Shown: positions 37,837-45,878, counted from the stretch's first letter. The stretch is 47,370 nucleotides of DNA from an uncultured Thermoplasmatales archaeon (GCA_964612535.1 CAZTDS010000002.1:1509-48878), one strand, 5' to 3'. The notes: generated from the sequence alone by a model not told the origin. Program-made: numbers and translations.

Positions 37837-37849
37837 ATTTAAAAATTGC
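37837..37849 (+). promoter_or_regulatory. TATA-like element ATTTAAAAATTGC for the TasA-like operon
   Basis: It lies about 30-42 nt upstream of ATG 37879, with the GAGGTG SD at 37869-37874. The same 13-mer also occurs at 37746-37758. This copy is bracketed by the inverted repeat CTTGGG (37827-32) / CCCAAG (37853-58). Confidence 0.4.
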
Positions 37850-37878
37850 CTACCCAAGGGGCGAGAAAGAGGTGAAAA

Positions 37879-38616
37879 ATGAATAGAAAAATAAAAAGTA
37901 TATTGGGAAGTATTTTGGTAATAGCGATGGTAACTGCTATGCTGACGGTAGGAACAAAATCTTTTTTTAGCGATTTAGAAGTAAGCACGGGCAATACATT
38001 TACAGCAGGAACAATAGATCTAAAAATAGATTGCAATAGCAAATGGTATGATGCAGCTGGCAACGAGAAAGGCTCCATATATTTTGATGAAAAGGACTTG
38101 ATTGCCGGAGAAGATAAATTCTTTAACTGGGATGATATAAAGCCTGGAGATCACGGAGAAGCGACAATTAGCATACATGTATATGATAATGATGCATGGG
38201 GATGGTTACATTTAATTGACGTGAAAAATGATGAAAATGGATTGATGGAGCCAGAAATAGCAGCGGGAGATAATACAACGGATGAAGGAGAAATGAACAA
38301 ATATCTACAGTTTATGATATGGAGAGATTGGGGAGAAGATAGAATTCCCGGAACAAATGATGAAGGCGAAGGAGACAACATTTTACAGGACACTGAAGAA
38401 ATAGTTTTTAAGGGAACTGCAGCCGATTTAGCACGTTATGAATGCAACTGGTTAGGACCCTATGAATTAAAAGCGTGCGTAACATACTATTTTGGAATTG
38501 CGTGGCAACTTCCTTTCAATACAGGGAATATTGTTCAGAGTGACTCTTTTTCATTCGGCATAGAGTTTTATGTAGAGCAGATAGCAAATAATCCAAATCC
38601 CCAGCCACCAAGCTAG
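37879..38616 (+). CDS. TasA/camelysin (peptidase M73)-like secreted protein with SipW-type signal peptide, paralog 1
   Basis: The N-terminus KIKSILGSILVIAMVTAMLTVGTKSFFSDLEVSTGNTFTAGTIDL matches the SipW-dependent signal class (FSD...N.F.AGT.DL). The family-typical DIKPGD and C-terminal GNIVQSDSFSFGIEFYVEQ are present. Confidence 0.82.
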   Translation: MNRKIKSILGSILVIAMVTAMLTVGTKSFFSDLEVSTGNTFTAGTIDLKIDCNSKWYDAAGNEKGSIYFDEKDLIAGEDKFFNWDDIKPGDHGEATISIHVYDNDAWGWLHLIDVKNDENGLMEPEIAAGDNTTDEGEMNKYLQFMIWRDWGEDRIPGTNDEGEGDNILQDTEEIVFKGTAADLARYECNWLGPYELKACVTYYFGIAWQLPFNTGNIVQSDSFSFGIEFYVEQIANNPNPQPPS

Positions 38617-38625
38617 AGTGAGATA

Positions 38626-39705
38626 ATGGACAAAAGAATAAGGAGTATATTAGGGAGTATTATCGTAATTGCAGTAATCGCGGGGGTAACGGGCATAGGG
38701 ACAAACTCCTTTTTCAGTGATACAGAAACGAGTAAAGAAAACACATTTGTAGCAGGGATAATAGACCTTAGTGTAAATGGCAATAATCCAATTGAAGAAG
38801 CGATCGTTACTATTGAAGATATGAAGCCATGTAGAATCTTCTATGTGGAGAAGATACTCCATATATACGGTAATCATGCCGACTTATGGATGCATATAAA
38901 AAATATAATAAGCAGTCAAGGGGTTCAGACAGAACCAGAAAGTGAAGAAGAAAGTTTAATGGGGACAGCAGCCAATGGGAAATGGGATATTGAAAACTAT
39001 ATAACATATGATTTAAAGATTGGTTGGGACAAAAATGGAGATGGAAGGATCGCAGACGATGAATATACAATCATATTTTATCCAGAAGACCATATAAAAT
39101 TTGGTTGGATAGAATGTGCATGGATCTCTCTTGGTTTTGATTTGCCATCCTCGGTAGATATAATTGTAAACCAAAGCTTTCATATGCAGGCTGATGTCAC
39201 AAATTGGGCCCAGGGAGATATTTGCGAATTTACAGAGGAGTTTCTGGCTACTCAAGTGAATTCGCCTTCTCCAAATAACATCCTGCTGAGATTAGAAAAT
39301 AAAGATGAAAACTTCAACATAGTTTATAATGATGGTATATGGGCTCTACTTTCATATAATCCATCTGGCTCTACTTTCGATTATGAGCTTGTGGCCCACT
39401 GTCTGCAATCAAATACCAGCTACAGCCTAATTTATTACGCAGATCCCTATCCAGGTGATCATCCTGGAGCACTTCTTGGCACCTTTACAACTGATGCAAC
39501 AGGTATGATCCATCCAACAACAGGCTCTGTTGAAATAAACATGGATCTTCCGCATACGAGCGATGCCAACTATCCGAGCGGCGCCAAAATATGGCTTGTT
39601 CCATCGAGCGATTATGATGCTGTAAATCACAAGATAATAGGATGGTCCCCTACCGAATATCTATTTGAACACAATCTCATAACATATGATGATACAGATG
39701 TGTAA
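38626..39705 (+). CDS. TasA/camelysin-like secreted protein, paralog 2, with extra roughly 150-aa C-terminal domain
   Basis: The N-terminus RIRSILGSIIVIAVIAGVTGIGTNSFFSDTETSKENTFVAGIIDL is clearly paralogous to the upstream gene. DMKPC and AQGDICEFTEEFLATQ close the TasA-like domain at about residue 210. Residues 211-359 are an unrelated domain. Confidence 0.8.
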   Translation: MDKRIRSILGSIIVIAVIAGVTGIGTNSFFSDTETSKENTFVAGIIDLSVNGNNPIEEAIVTIEDMKPCRIFYVEKILHIYGNHADLWMHIKNIISSQGVQTEPESEEESLMGTAANGKWDIENYITYDLKIGWDKNGDGRIADDEYTIIFYPEDHIKFGWIECAWISLGFDLPSSVDIIVNQSFHMQADVTNWAQGDICEFTEEFLATQVNSPSPNNILLRLENKDENFNIVYNDGIWALLSYNPSGSTFDYELVAHCLQSNTSYSLIYYADPYPGDHPGALLGTFTTDATGMIHPTTGSVEINMDLPHTSDANYPSGAKIWLVPSSDYDAVNHKIIGWSPTEYLFEHNLITYDDTDV

Positions 39706-39741
39706 CAAATCTTTCCCTCTTTTTTTATTTTTGGAGTAGCA

Positions 39742-40311
39742 ATGGTGAAAAAAATGTATAGGAATAACATCCTCAACATATTGCTTGTTGTAACAGCTAT
39801 ACTTTTCATTTTATCTTTTGTTCTTCTTCCCATTATCGATAGTTCTTCACACTGGTATGTTGTAACCTCAGGTTCTATGGAACCGGTTTTGAAAACAGGA
39901 GATGTTCTATATATTTCTAAGGTAGATGCTGATAAAATAAAAGCAGGAGAAATAATTACCTTCTATTCAAATGATAGAAAGATTACGATTACTCACAGAT
40001 GCATAGAAGTTTTGCATCAAGATAATAAAACATTTTTTAGAACAAAAGGGGATGCAAATGAAAATAATGTTACTTTCTTGGTTCCACAGAATGCTTTAGT
40101 TGGAAGAGTTCCAAATGCCAAAATATTTGGGCATGCTATATATGCAAAAATACCTCGTCTCGGATACCTATCCTATTTTATACACACAAAAATCGGCTTT
40201 TTCTTGCTCATTCTTCTCCCAGGATATTTATTAATAGGCATGGAGACATACAATATATTCAATATTTTACAAGAGGATAAAAAAGACGAGAAAAAATCGG
40301 ACTCACTTTAA
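39742..40311 (+). CDS. Signal peptidase I, archaeal/ER (SipW-like, S26B) type
   Basis: 189-aa ORF with an N-terminal TM, catalytic-Ser box VVTSGSMEPVL, His box ITHRCIEV, TKGDANE box, and a C-terminal TM anchor as in SipW. Confidence 0.85.
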   Translation: MVKKMYRNNILNILLVVTAILFILSFVLLPIIDSSSHWYVVTSGSMEPVLKTGDVLYISKVDADKIKAGEIITFYSNDRKITITHRCIEVLHQDNKTFFRTKGDANENNVTFLVPQNALVGRVPNAKIFGHAIYAKIPRLGYLSYFIHTKIGFFLLILLPGYLLIGMETYNIFNILQEDKKDEKKSDSL

Positions 40312-41241
40312 CTCGTCAATAAGCCATTTTGCTGTAAGACGAATTGCTTCCCTGCTACTATGCTTTGGTTTCCATCCCATATTCTTGAGTTTGCTTATAT
40401 CGAGGCGCATAAATTTTACATCTCCTTTCCATCCTCTACCATCTATTCCTCCAGTAAATCTGTATTCTGGCTTCAATCCCATTTCCTCACTCACTATATC
40501 TGCTATCTCTTTTACCTCCACCCAATCCTCAGAGCCAATATTGAATATTTCCACCTTCTCCTTCGCTTTTTCCATGCCGAAAAGCATAGCATCGATGCAA
40601 TCATCCACATATAGATATGATTTCCTCTGTTTTCCATCACCAAGTATTTCCAGCTCTTGAGGATTTTTTCTAAGCTTTTTTATGAAGTCATATATCACGC
40701 CGTGAGTGCTTCTTGGCCCAACAACATTTGCAAATCTGTAAATTATTGCCTCCATATCAAATGTGTGGCAGTATGAAGATATTAAAGCCTCCGCCGCCAG
40801 TTTTGCTGCCCCATATAATGAGATTGGAATGAGCGGACCATAATTTTCGGGAGTAGGGATAATGCTTGCCTCACCATATACCGTGGATGAAGAGGTGAAA
40901 ATAATTTTGTTTATGCTTTTCTTTCTCATTTCTTCCAGTAAATTATAGGTGGCGAGTATGCCGTTATCAACATGGGTTCTTGTGTTTATTGCTCCTATTC
41001 TGACATCAGGATTGGCAGCGAGATGAAAAACCACATCACATCCATCGATGGCTTTCGAAATATCTTGCTGCCTCAATAAATCTCCTTCATAGAGTTCTAT
41101 TCTTTCGAGATTGTGTTCTATAAACTCTCTTTTTCCGGAGGAAAAATTATCTATGCATGAAACTTCATAGCCTTTGGAAAGCAAAGCATCGATAAGATGG
41201 CTTCCTATAAAACCTGCACCTCCCGTGACAAGTGCTTTCAT
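40303..41241 (-). CDS. NAD-dependent nucleotide-sugar epimerase/dehydratase (UDP-glucose 4-epimerase-like SDR)
   Basis: 312-aa ORF with VTGGAGFIGSH Rossmann motif and YGAAK catalytic motif. Confidence 0.85.
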   Translation of the reverse strand: MKALVTGGAGFIGSHLIDALLSKGYEVSCIDNFSSGKREFIEHNLERIELYEGDLLRQQDISKAIDGCDVVFHLAANPDVRIGAINTRTHVDNGILATYNLLEEMRKKSINKIIFTSSSTVYGEASIIPTPENYGPLIPISLYGAAKLAAEALISSYCHTFDMEAIIYRFANVVGPRSTHGVIYDFIKKLRKNPQELEILGDGKQRKSYLYVDDCIDAMLFGMEKAKEKVEIFNIGSEDWVEVKEIADIVSEEMGLKPEYRFTGGIDGRGWKGDVKFMRLDISKLKNMGWKPKHSSREAIRLTAKWLIDELK

Positions 41242-41277
41242 AAAATGATATGCATAAAAGGTATAAAATTATAGCCT

Positions 41278-41904
41278 TCAAAATATGCTCTGCAGAAAAT
41301 TTAGGAAGCCAAGCCACCACAGAATCCATATGGTTGTTGTTATTATTGAGCCAGTTATTACAATTAATACGGTTTTCCTTGCCTTTACTCCAAGCAAACG
41401 AGCTATGATTGTTGTACTTATCCCGCCTGTTCCCTGAAAAGGTATAATCATGAAGAGAAGAAGACTCACTGTAAGGAGTTTCTTCTTTTTAAACTTCTCC
41501 GCTTTTCTTTGCAACCACTTGTATCCTCTATCCAGGAAAGGAATATGGAAAATAATCAGCTCAGCAAACCACCAGTTATAGGCGATAATTGCAGAACTTA
41601 TTGCATCCATAATGACGATAGTGCTTCCAACAACCCATGCAGGGAGTGCTGGACCAAGGCTATTTTCAGTGAGCATTAGAGGTATCACAGATTCCTTCCC
41701 CGCAGGCGGAAAGAAATAGGCAAGGGTAAGCGCCCCATATTTTGCCGCTGCATCTGGTGGAAGATAATCGAAAATGAAGGCAAAGTAAAAGGCTACGGTA
41801 AGGAATGGAGTGATGAAGACCAGGAATTTGTAAAGATAGGCAAGATTGTGTCTTATTTTGTATATCTGGTCATACGCCTCATTTATTATTTTTTGTATTT
41901 TCAT
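41278..41904 (-). CDS. Multi-pass membrane protein, function unknown (possibly small multidrug-export-like)
   Basis: 208-aa hydrophobic ORF with about 5-6 helices. The family assignment is only a weak recollection. Confidence 0.55.
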   Translation of the reverse strand: MKIQKIINEAYDQIYKIRHNLAYLYKFLVFITPFLTVAFYFAFIFDYLPPDAAAKYGALTLAYFFPPAGKESVIPLMLTENSLGPALPAWVVGSTIVIMDAISSAIIAYNWWFAELIIFHIPFLDRGYKWLQRKAEKFKKKKLLTVSLLLFMIIPFQGTGGISTTIIARLLGVKARKTVLIVITGSIITTTIWILWWLGFLNFLQSIF

Positions 41905-42112
41905 TTTCCTCCCTTTTCATCTCCTCATAAGCCTTATCTATTATATTCTTCAATGTCTGATAAACCTCTTCTAGCGTTACTTCTTTTCCTGTAACACTGG
42001 ACAACAAACTCGCCAATCTGCTGGCAGTTCTTGCAAAAATGAGCCAGAAGGCAAAAAGCATCCCATATGCAAAGGCAAGCAGGGCGGTAAGGAGCAGTAG
42101 AAGGTAGTTCAT
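41879..42112 (-). CDS. Small single-TM hypothetical protein
   Basis: The track ORF starts at GTG 42121; ATG 42112 gives MNYLLLLLTALLAFAYGMLFAFWLIF, followed by a charged tail. It overlaps the downstream membrane gene by 26 nt. Confidence 0.4.
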   Translation of the reverse strand: MNYLLLLLTALLAFAYGMLFAFWLIFARTASRLASLLSSVTGKEVTLEEVYQTLKNIIDKAYEEMKREENENTKNNK

Positions 42113-42247
42113 TTTGCTCACAGATATATGAGAGGGCTAAATAAACATTTCTTAATTTGCAATATTATCCAAATTGCTGCAATTGGATTGGAAAGGGCGA
42201 AAAGAAGCAGGATGGCAAGCCATTTCATAGCAATAATCAAATAACAA

Positions 42248-42838
42248 CTAAAATCCTTTTCTGTCGAGCCACCAGTTTATGATTACAATGCAATGGCTAC
42301 TCAAATAAGATTTTTCTCCTATGGATATTGGCTGAGCGCCATATTCATACAGCATCTCTTTTTCCTCCTTTTCCAAATCCATATAATCTCCTAAAAAGAA
42401 GAAGGGTTTGCTGCTTATTTCTATCTTTTCAATGCTTTCTCCTTTCTCATCCAAAATATAAAAATCCTTATCTTTATTTTCCTCCAAGAGCTGCTGAAAA
42501 TTTTTCTTGCTTACAAATATTCCAGGTGTGCTTTCTATTTCCTCCTCTCTCATTCTTTCTAACGCCTTTTTAATGAATATTGCAATGTTTCTTTCATCCG
42601 GAGAAACTTTTCTGAGTTTTTCTCCTTCCATTCTTATATAGACGGGTGGATTTGGCTCTCCATGCAAAATTGTGTGGAATACAACATTCCTCCTTATTCC
42701 ATAGGAGAGCCAGAATGCAGCATTGATGCATCTTGCTATAACATCCAGCCTGCCCGCTGAGCCTGGCAAATCTTTTAAATTAATTGAAGGCGATGTTTTT
42801 GCATGAGACTTAACATAAAAATGCCTATAGATAGTCAT
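42248..42838 (-). CDS. trmY: tRNA (pseudouridine54-N1)-methyltransferase TrmY (SPOUT, COG1901)
   Basis: NLKDLPGSAGRLDVIARCINAAFWLSYGIRRNVVFHTILHGEPNPPVYIRMEG..LRKVSPDERNIAIFIKKAL closely follows the MJ1640-type TrmY pattern. Confidence 0.88.
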   Translation of the reverse strand: MTIYRHFYVKSHAKTSPSINLKDLPGSAGRLDVIARCINAAFWLSYGIRRNVVFHTILHGEPNPPVYIRMEGEKLRKVSPDERNIAIFIKKALERMREEEIESTPGIFVSKKNFQQLLEENKDKDFYILDEKGESIEKIEISSKPFFFLGDYMDLEKEEKEMLYEYGAQPISIGEKSYLSSHCIVIINWWLDRKGF

Positions 42839-44093
42839 CTAAGTTTAGCTTCATCGGCAAACCAGGTTTCTTGAAGTTCTCTTTTTCCTTGTCCCATGGT
42901 ATGGTTAAATCGAAGCCTATCTTTGTTGTCTCCCTCGTTACAGGGTCAGCAGATGGATCCAGCGATGAGCCTTTCTCCTGCTTTATAATCATGTCTTTGC
43001 TTCCTTGGAAACGGGTGGCCATCGCCCATTCTATCTGATGTGGATCATGAATATCGATGTCGTCATCAACAACAAAAACATGCTTCATTGATTTGTGTCC
43101 CTTAAATGCAGCTTCTATGGCCTTCTTTCCGTCATCGGCATTGCGCTTTCTAATACTCACAACTCCATGCAACCATGAGCAGCCGCCGGGCGTAATATAA
43201 ACGTCTTTCACATCACATACTTTGGAAACCTCATAAAATATGGTTGGCTCCTTGGGCGTGCCCATCAACGTTTTATGCTCCAGCCCGCCAGGCAATAAAG
43301 CATGATAAATGGCATCTTCCTTTGCATATATCTTCTTTATTTTTGCCACTTTTTGCTTCCTGACAATATCGAATGTTTCTGTTAAATCCAAAAATGGTCC
43401 CTCATCATGCATCTCATCAGTTATCTCTGCAATCATTATTATCTCCGACTCTGGCACTTTATGGTTGTCAATTTCAATTAAATGCGTTGGTTCTAAAGCA
43501 TTGGCTATTGCAAGCTCATTGACTTCTGTAGGCATTGAAATGGCAGAAGCTATGGCTACGGATATTGGATTGCCAATGCATATCGCGAATTCTTTTAATC
43601 CTCTTTCAAGATATTTATGGAAATCTCTTGGCAGAATACGCATCACAACTTTATTTTCTCCAATAACCATCATTCTGTGATAGGAAGCATTTAAGCCATA
43701 TTCTGCATCGTTAGCAACAACAATTGCAGATGAAATATACTTGCCACCATCTTGCGGATAATGAAGCAGGATGGGCAAATCTTCCAGGCTGTTCAACTCT
43801 CTATAGCCCTCCGCTTCTTTAACTTCTGGCTCAACAGGATTTTCTATGGCATTGAGCATTTTTTTGATAAGTTCCTTCTCATCTATCTGTAATCCTTCCG
43901 CCAGCAAACTTCGATTGCAGCAAATATTCGCAGCTACTGGCATATCATAGCCAGCAACATTTTCAAAAAGAAGGGGCTTACCATCAAGCATTTTCATTAA
44001 AGTTGCAATTTCATATTCAATGCTAACCTCCTTCTTAATTTTGACGAGTTTTCCTTTTTCATCTAAATATTCAATAAACTCTCTGAATTTCAT
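42825..44093 (-). CDS. UbiD-family (prenyl-FMN dependent) decarboxylase, short archaeal form
   Basis: 422-aa ORF. The N-terminus MKFREFIEYLDEKGKLVKIKKEVS and overall pattern are typical of UbiD. It overlaps trmY by 14 nt. Confidence 0.8.
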   Translation of the reverse strand: MKFREFIEYLDEKGKLVKIKKEVSIEYEIATLMKMLDGKPLLFENVAGYDMPVAANICCNRSLLAEGLQIDEKELIKKMLNAIENPVEPEVKEAEGYRELNSLEDLPILLHYPQDGGKYISSAIVVANDAEYGLNASYHRMMVIGENKVVMRILPRDFHKYLERGLKEFAICIGNPISVAIASAISMPTEVNELAIANALEPTHLIEIDNHKVPESEIIMIAEITDEMHDEGPFLDLTETFDIVRKQKVAKIKKIYAKEDAIYHALLPGGLEHKTLMGTPKEPTIFYEVSKVCDVKDVYITPGGCSWLHGVVSIRKRNADDGKKAIEAAFKGHKSMKHVFVVDDDIDIHDPHQIEWAMATRFQGSKDMIIKQEKGSSLDPSADPVTRETTKIGFDLTIPWDKEKENFKKPGLPMKLNLDDYL

Positions 44094-44195
44094 AAGAAGT
44101 TATATTTTTCCCATTTTAATGTTTATTGGTAAATGCTGCAACCATGATAATTTAAAAAAATTTATCTAATTTGATAGCATATTCTATCGATTAAA

Positions 44196-44438
44196 ATGGA
44201 GGAAGAAGGATTTGTCATATCTAATAAAATAAGAAAGGCGTTGTTCATTGAAATAGCCTCTGGCGAAACATCTCTCAATAGGATAATAAGAAAACATCGC
44301 CTCATCGAGCAGGCAGCAAGGAAGGCTGCGGAGGAGCTAAAGGAGCACGGAATAATAGAGGAGAGTAAAGAAGGGTATAAACTAACAGACCTGGGAGCCA
44401 AGATATATGGAAAATTGAAGGGTAACGAAATACTGTAA
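44196..44438 (+). CDS. Small winged-helix DNA-binding protein (RbkR N-domain-like)
   Basis: 80-aa ORF with wHTH-like IRKALFIEIASGETSLNRIIRKH...EELKEHGIIEESKEGYKLTDLG. Its stop lies 1 nt before the ribK ATG. Confidence 0.6.
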   Translation: MEEEGFVISNKIRKALFIEIASGETSLNRIIRKHRLIEQAARKAAEELKEHGIIEESKEGYKLTDLGAKIYGKLKGNEIL

Positions 44439-44439
44439 A

Positions 44440-45138
44440 ATGAAAGGAATTGTTGCGTCTGGCAGAGGAGAAGGGAAAAAATATGTTGGAATAGAAGGAT
44501 ATAAAAGGCATTTCTTAAAAATGGGCATAGCCCCTTACCCCGGCACCCTAAATATAATTGTTGGGGATAGAATGGTAAGGGATTTGAAAGAAATGGGGGG
44601 AATAAGGATAGAGGGTTTTTATGAGAAAGGAAAGAAATATGGAAGGGTGGAATGCTTTCCAGTAAATATTTTTGGAGAAAATGCTCTTCTTGTTCTCCCT
44701 GAAAAAAGCAGATATAAGGATATTGTGGAGATAGTGGCTGAAAGGAATTTAAGAGAAAGGTACGGAATAAGGGATGGAGATGAAGTAATTTTATTTTTCA
44801 ACCCCTTTGTAAAGAAGTGCAGGGAAATGAAACTGTTTGCAACACCTTATATCGGGAAAAGGATATCAAAAATCACGGTTTTTTATGATGACCCTTTCAC
44901 GAATGGCAGGAGAGATTTATGTTATTTTACAGAAAAAGAAAATGAGAGAGAGTATAGAAAAACGGTTGCCAGTAGAGAGGTGGCATGCATCCCGTTTTAC
45001 AGGAATCTAAAAACATCATATGCTACATTGATGAAGTTCATAAATGAAAGGGGATATCATATAATGTATCCTCCTCGTATTGTAAAATATTCGTGCCTCT
45101 CTGAATGGCAGATTGAAATCAAAAGCACACCGCATTGA
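44440..45138 (+). CDS. ribK: CTP-dependent riboflavin kinase (archaeal RibK) with uncharacterised roughly 105-aa C-terminal extension
   Basis: Residues 1 to about 124 (GIVASGRGEGKKYVGIEGY...PYPGTLNI...LVLPEKSRYKDIVEIVAERNLRE...GDEV) match the MJ0056-type kinase. Residues 125-232 are additional. Confidence 0.82.
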   Translation: MKGIVASGRGEGKKYVGIEGYKRHFLKMGIAPYPGTLNIIVGDRMVRDLKEMGGIRIEGFYEKGKKYGRVECFPVNIFGENALLVLPEKSRYKDIVEIVAERNLRERYGIRDGDEVILFFNPFVKKCREMKLFATPYIGKRISKITVFYDDPFTNGRRDLCYFTEKENEREYRKTVASREVACIPFYRNLKTSYATLMKFINERGYHIMYPPRIVKYSCLSEWQIEIKSTPH

Positions 45139-45140
45139 TT

Positions 45141-45878
45141 TTATTTACCCAGCGTTTCATCCAAGAATGTGCCTAGCACCCCGCTCCTGCCGGAAGTTTG
45201 CTGTTGCTGCGGCAGGAAAGGGGCGAGAGCTACCGCTAAATTATGGAGTGTCATTGACTGGAGTATTATTTTGCCCGGCCCCTTCAACGTTGTCAAGAAC
45301 AAACCCTCGCCACCAAAGAAAATCGTCTTTATCCCCTTAACCCTCTGTATATCATAATCTATGCTCGCCTCCCATCCAACAACGCTTCCTGTATCCACCC
45401 TTATGCTTTCTCCCTCCTTTAATTCCATTTCGATAAAATCCCCACAGGCGTGAATAAATGCCATACCTTTGCCACCCAACCTTTCGAGAATGAAACCTTC
45501 TCCTCCAAAAAATATTGAGCCAAGGCGGCGCTGGAAAGTTACGCTTAAATCCACACCATCCTCAGCGCACAAAAAAGCATCTTTTTGCACAATGAAATCA
45601 TTTCCCTCTTTTATCTCTATAGGATATATGGTACCCGGAGCATTGCCTGCAAAAGCTACAAATCCCTTTCCTCCGGAGGGAGTGAATTCTGTTAAAAAGA
45701 AGGTTTCACCCATGAATTTTCTTCCTATTGCTTTGAGTAAGCCTCCTTTCGCCTTAGCCTCCATTTTTATGTTCTCGCTCATATACACCATTGAGCCGGC
45801 TTCTGCATATACTTTTTCTCCTTCATTAAGTTCAATAGTTACAATTTGCAGATTATTTCCAGTGATTTTATACTCCAT
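45141..45878 (-). CDS. AIM24/TIGR00266-family protein
   Basis: 245-aa ORF. ITGNNLQIVTIELNEGEKVYAEAGSMVYMS...GETFFLTEFT is the family signature. Confidence 0.85.
   Translation of the reverse strand: MEYKITGNNLQIVTIELNEGEKVYAEAGSMVYMSENIKMEAKAKGGLLKAIGRKFMGETFFLTEFTPSGGKGFVAFAGNAPGTIYPIEIKEGNDFIVQKDAFLCAEDGVDLSVTFQRRLGSIFFGGEGFILERLGGKGMAFIHACGDFIEMELKEGESIRVDTGSVVGWEASIDYDIQRVKGIKTIFFGGEGLFLTTLKGPGKIILQSMTLHNLAVALAPFLPQQQQTSGRSGVLGTFLDETLGK

Noticed and set aside
42122-42247. Hydrophobic roughly 35-aa minus-strand ORF (MKWLAILLLFALSNPIAAIWIILQIKK...) and imperfect palindrome CCAAATTGCTGCAATTGG in the spacer downstream of trmY
   Set aside because: The ORF is short with no start context I can support. 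The palindrome is imperfect (one bulged base) and AT-rich, so it is plausibly chance.
43309-43680. 123-aa plus-strand ORF inside the UbiD-like gene
   Set aside because: It is an antisense shadow ORF with no supporting motifs.
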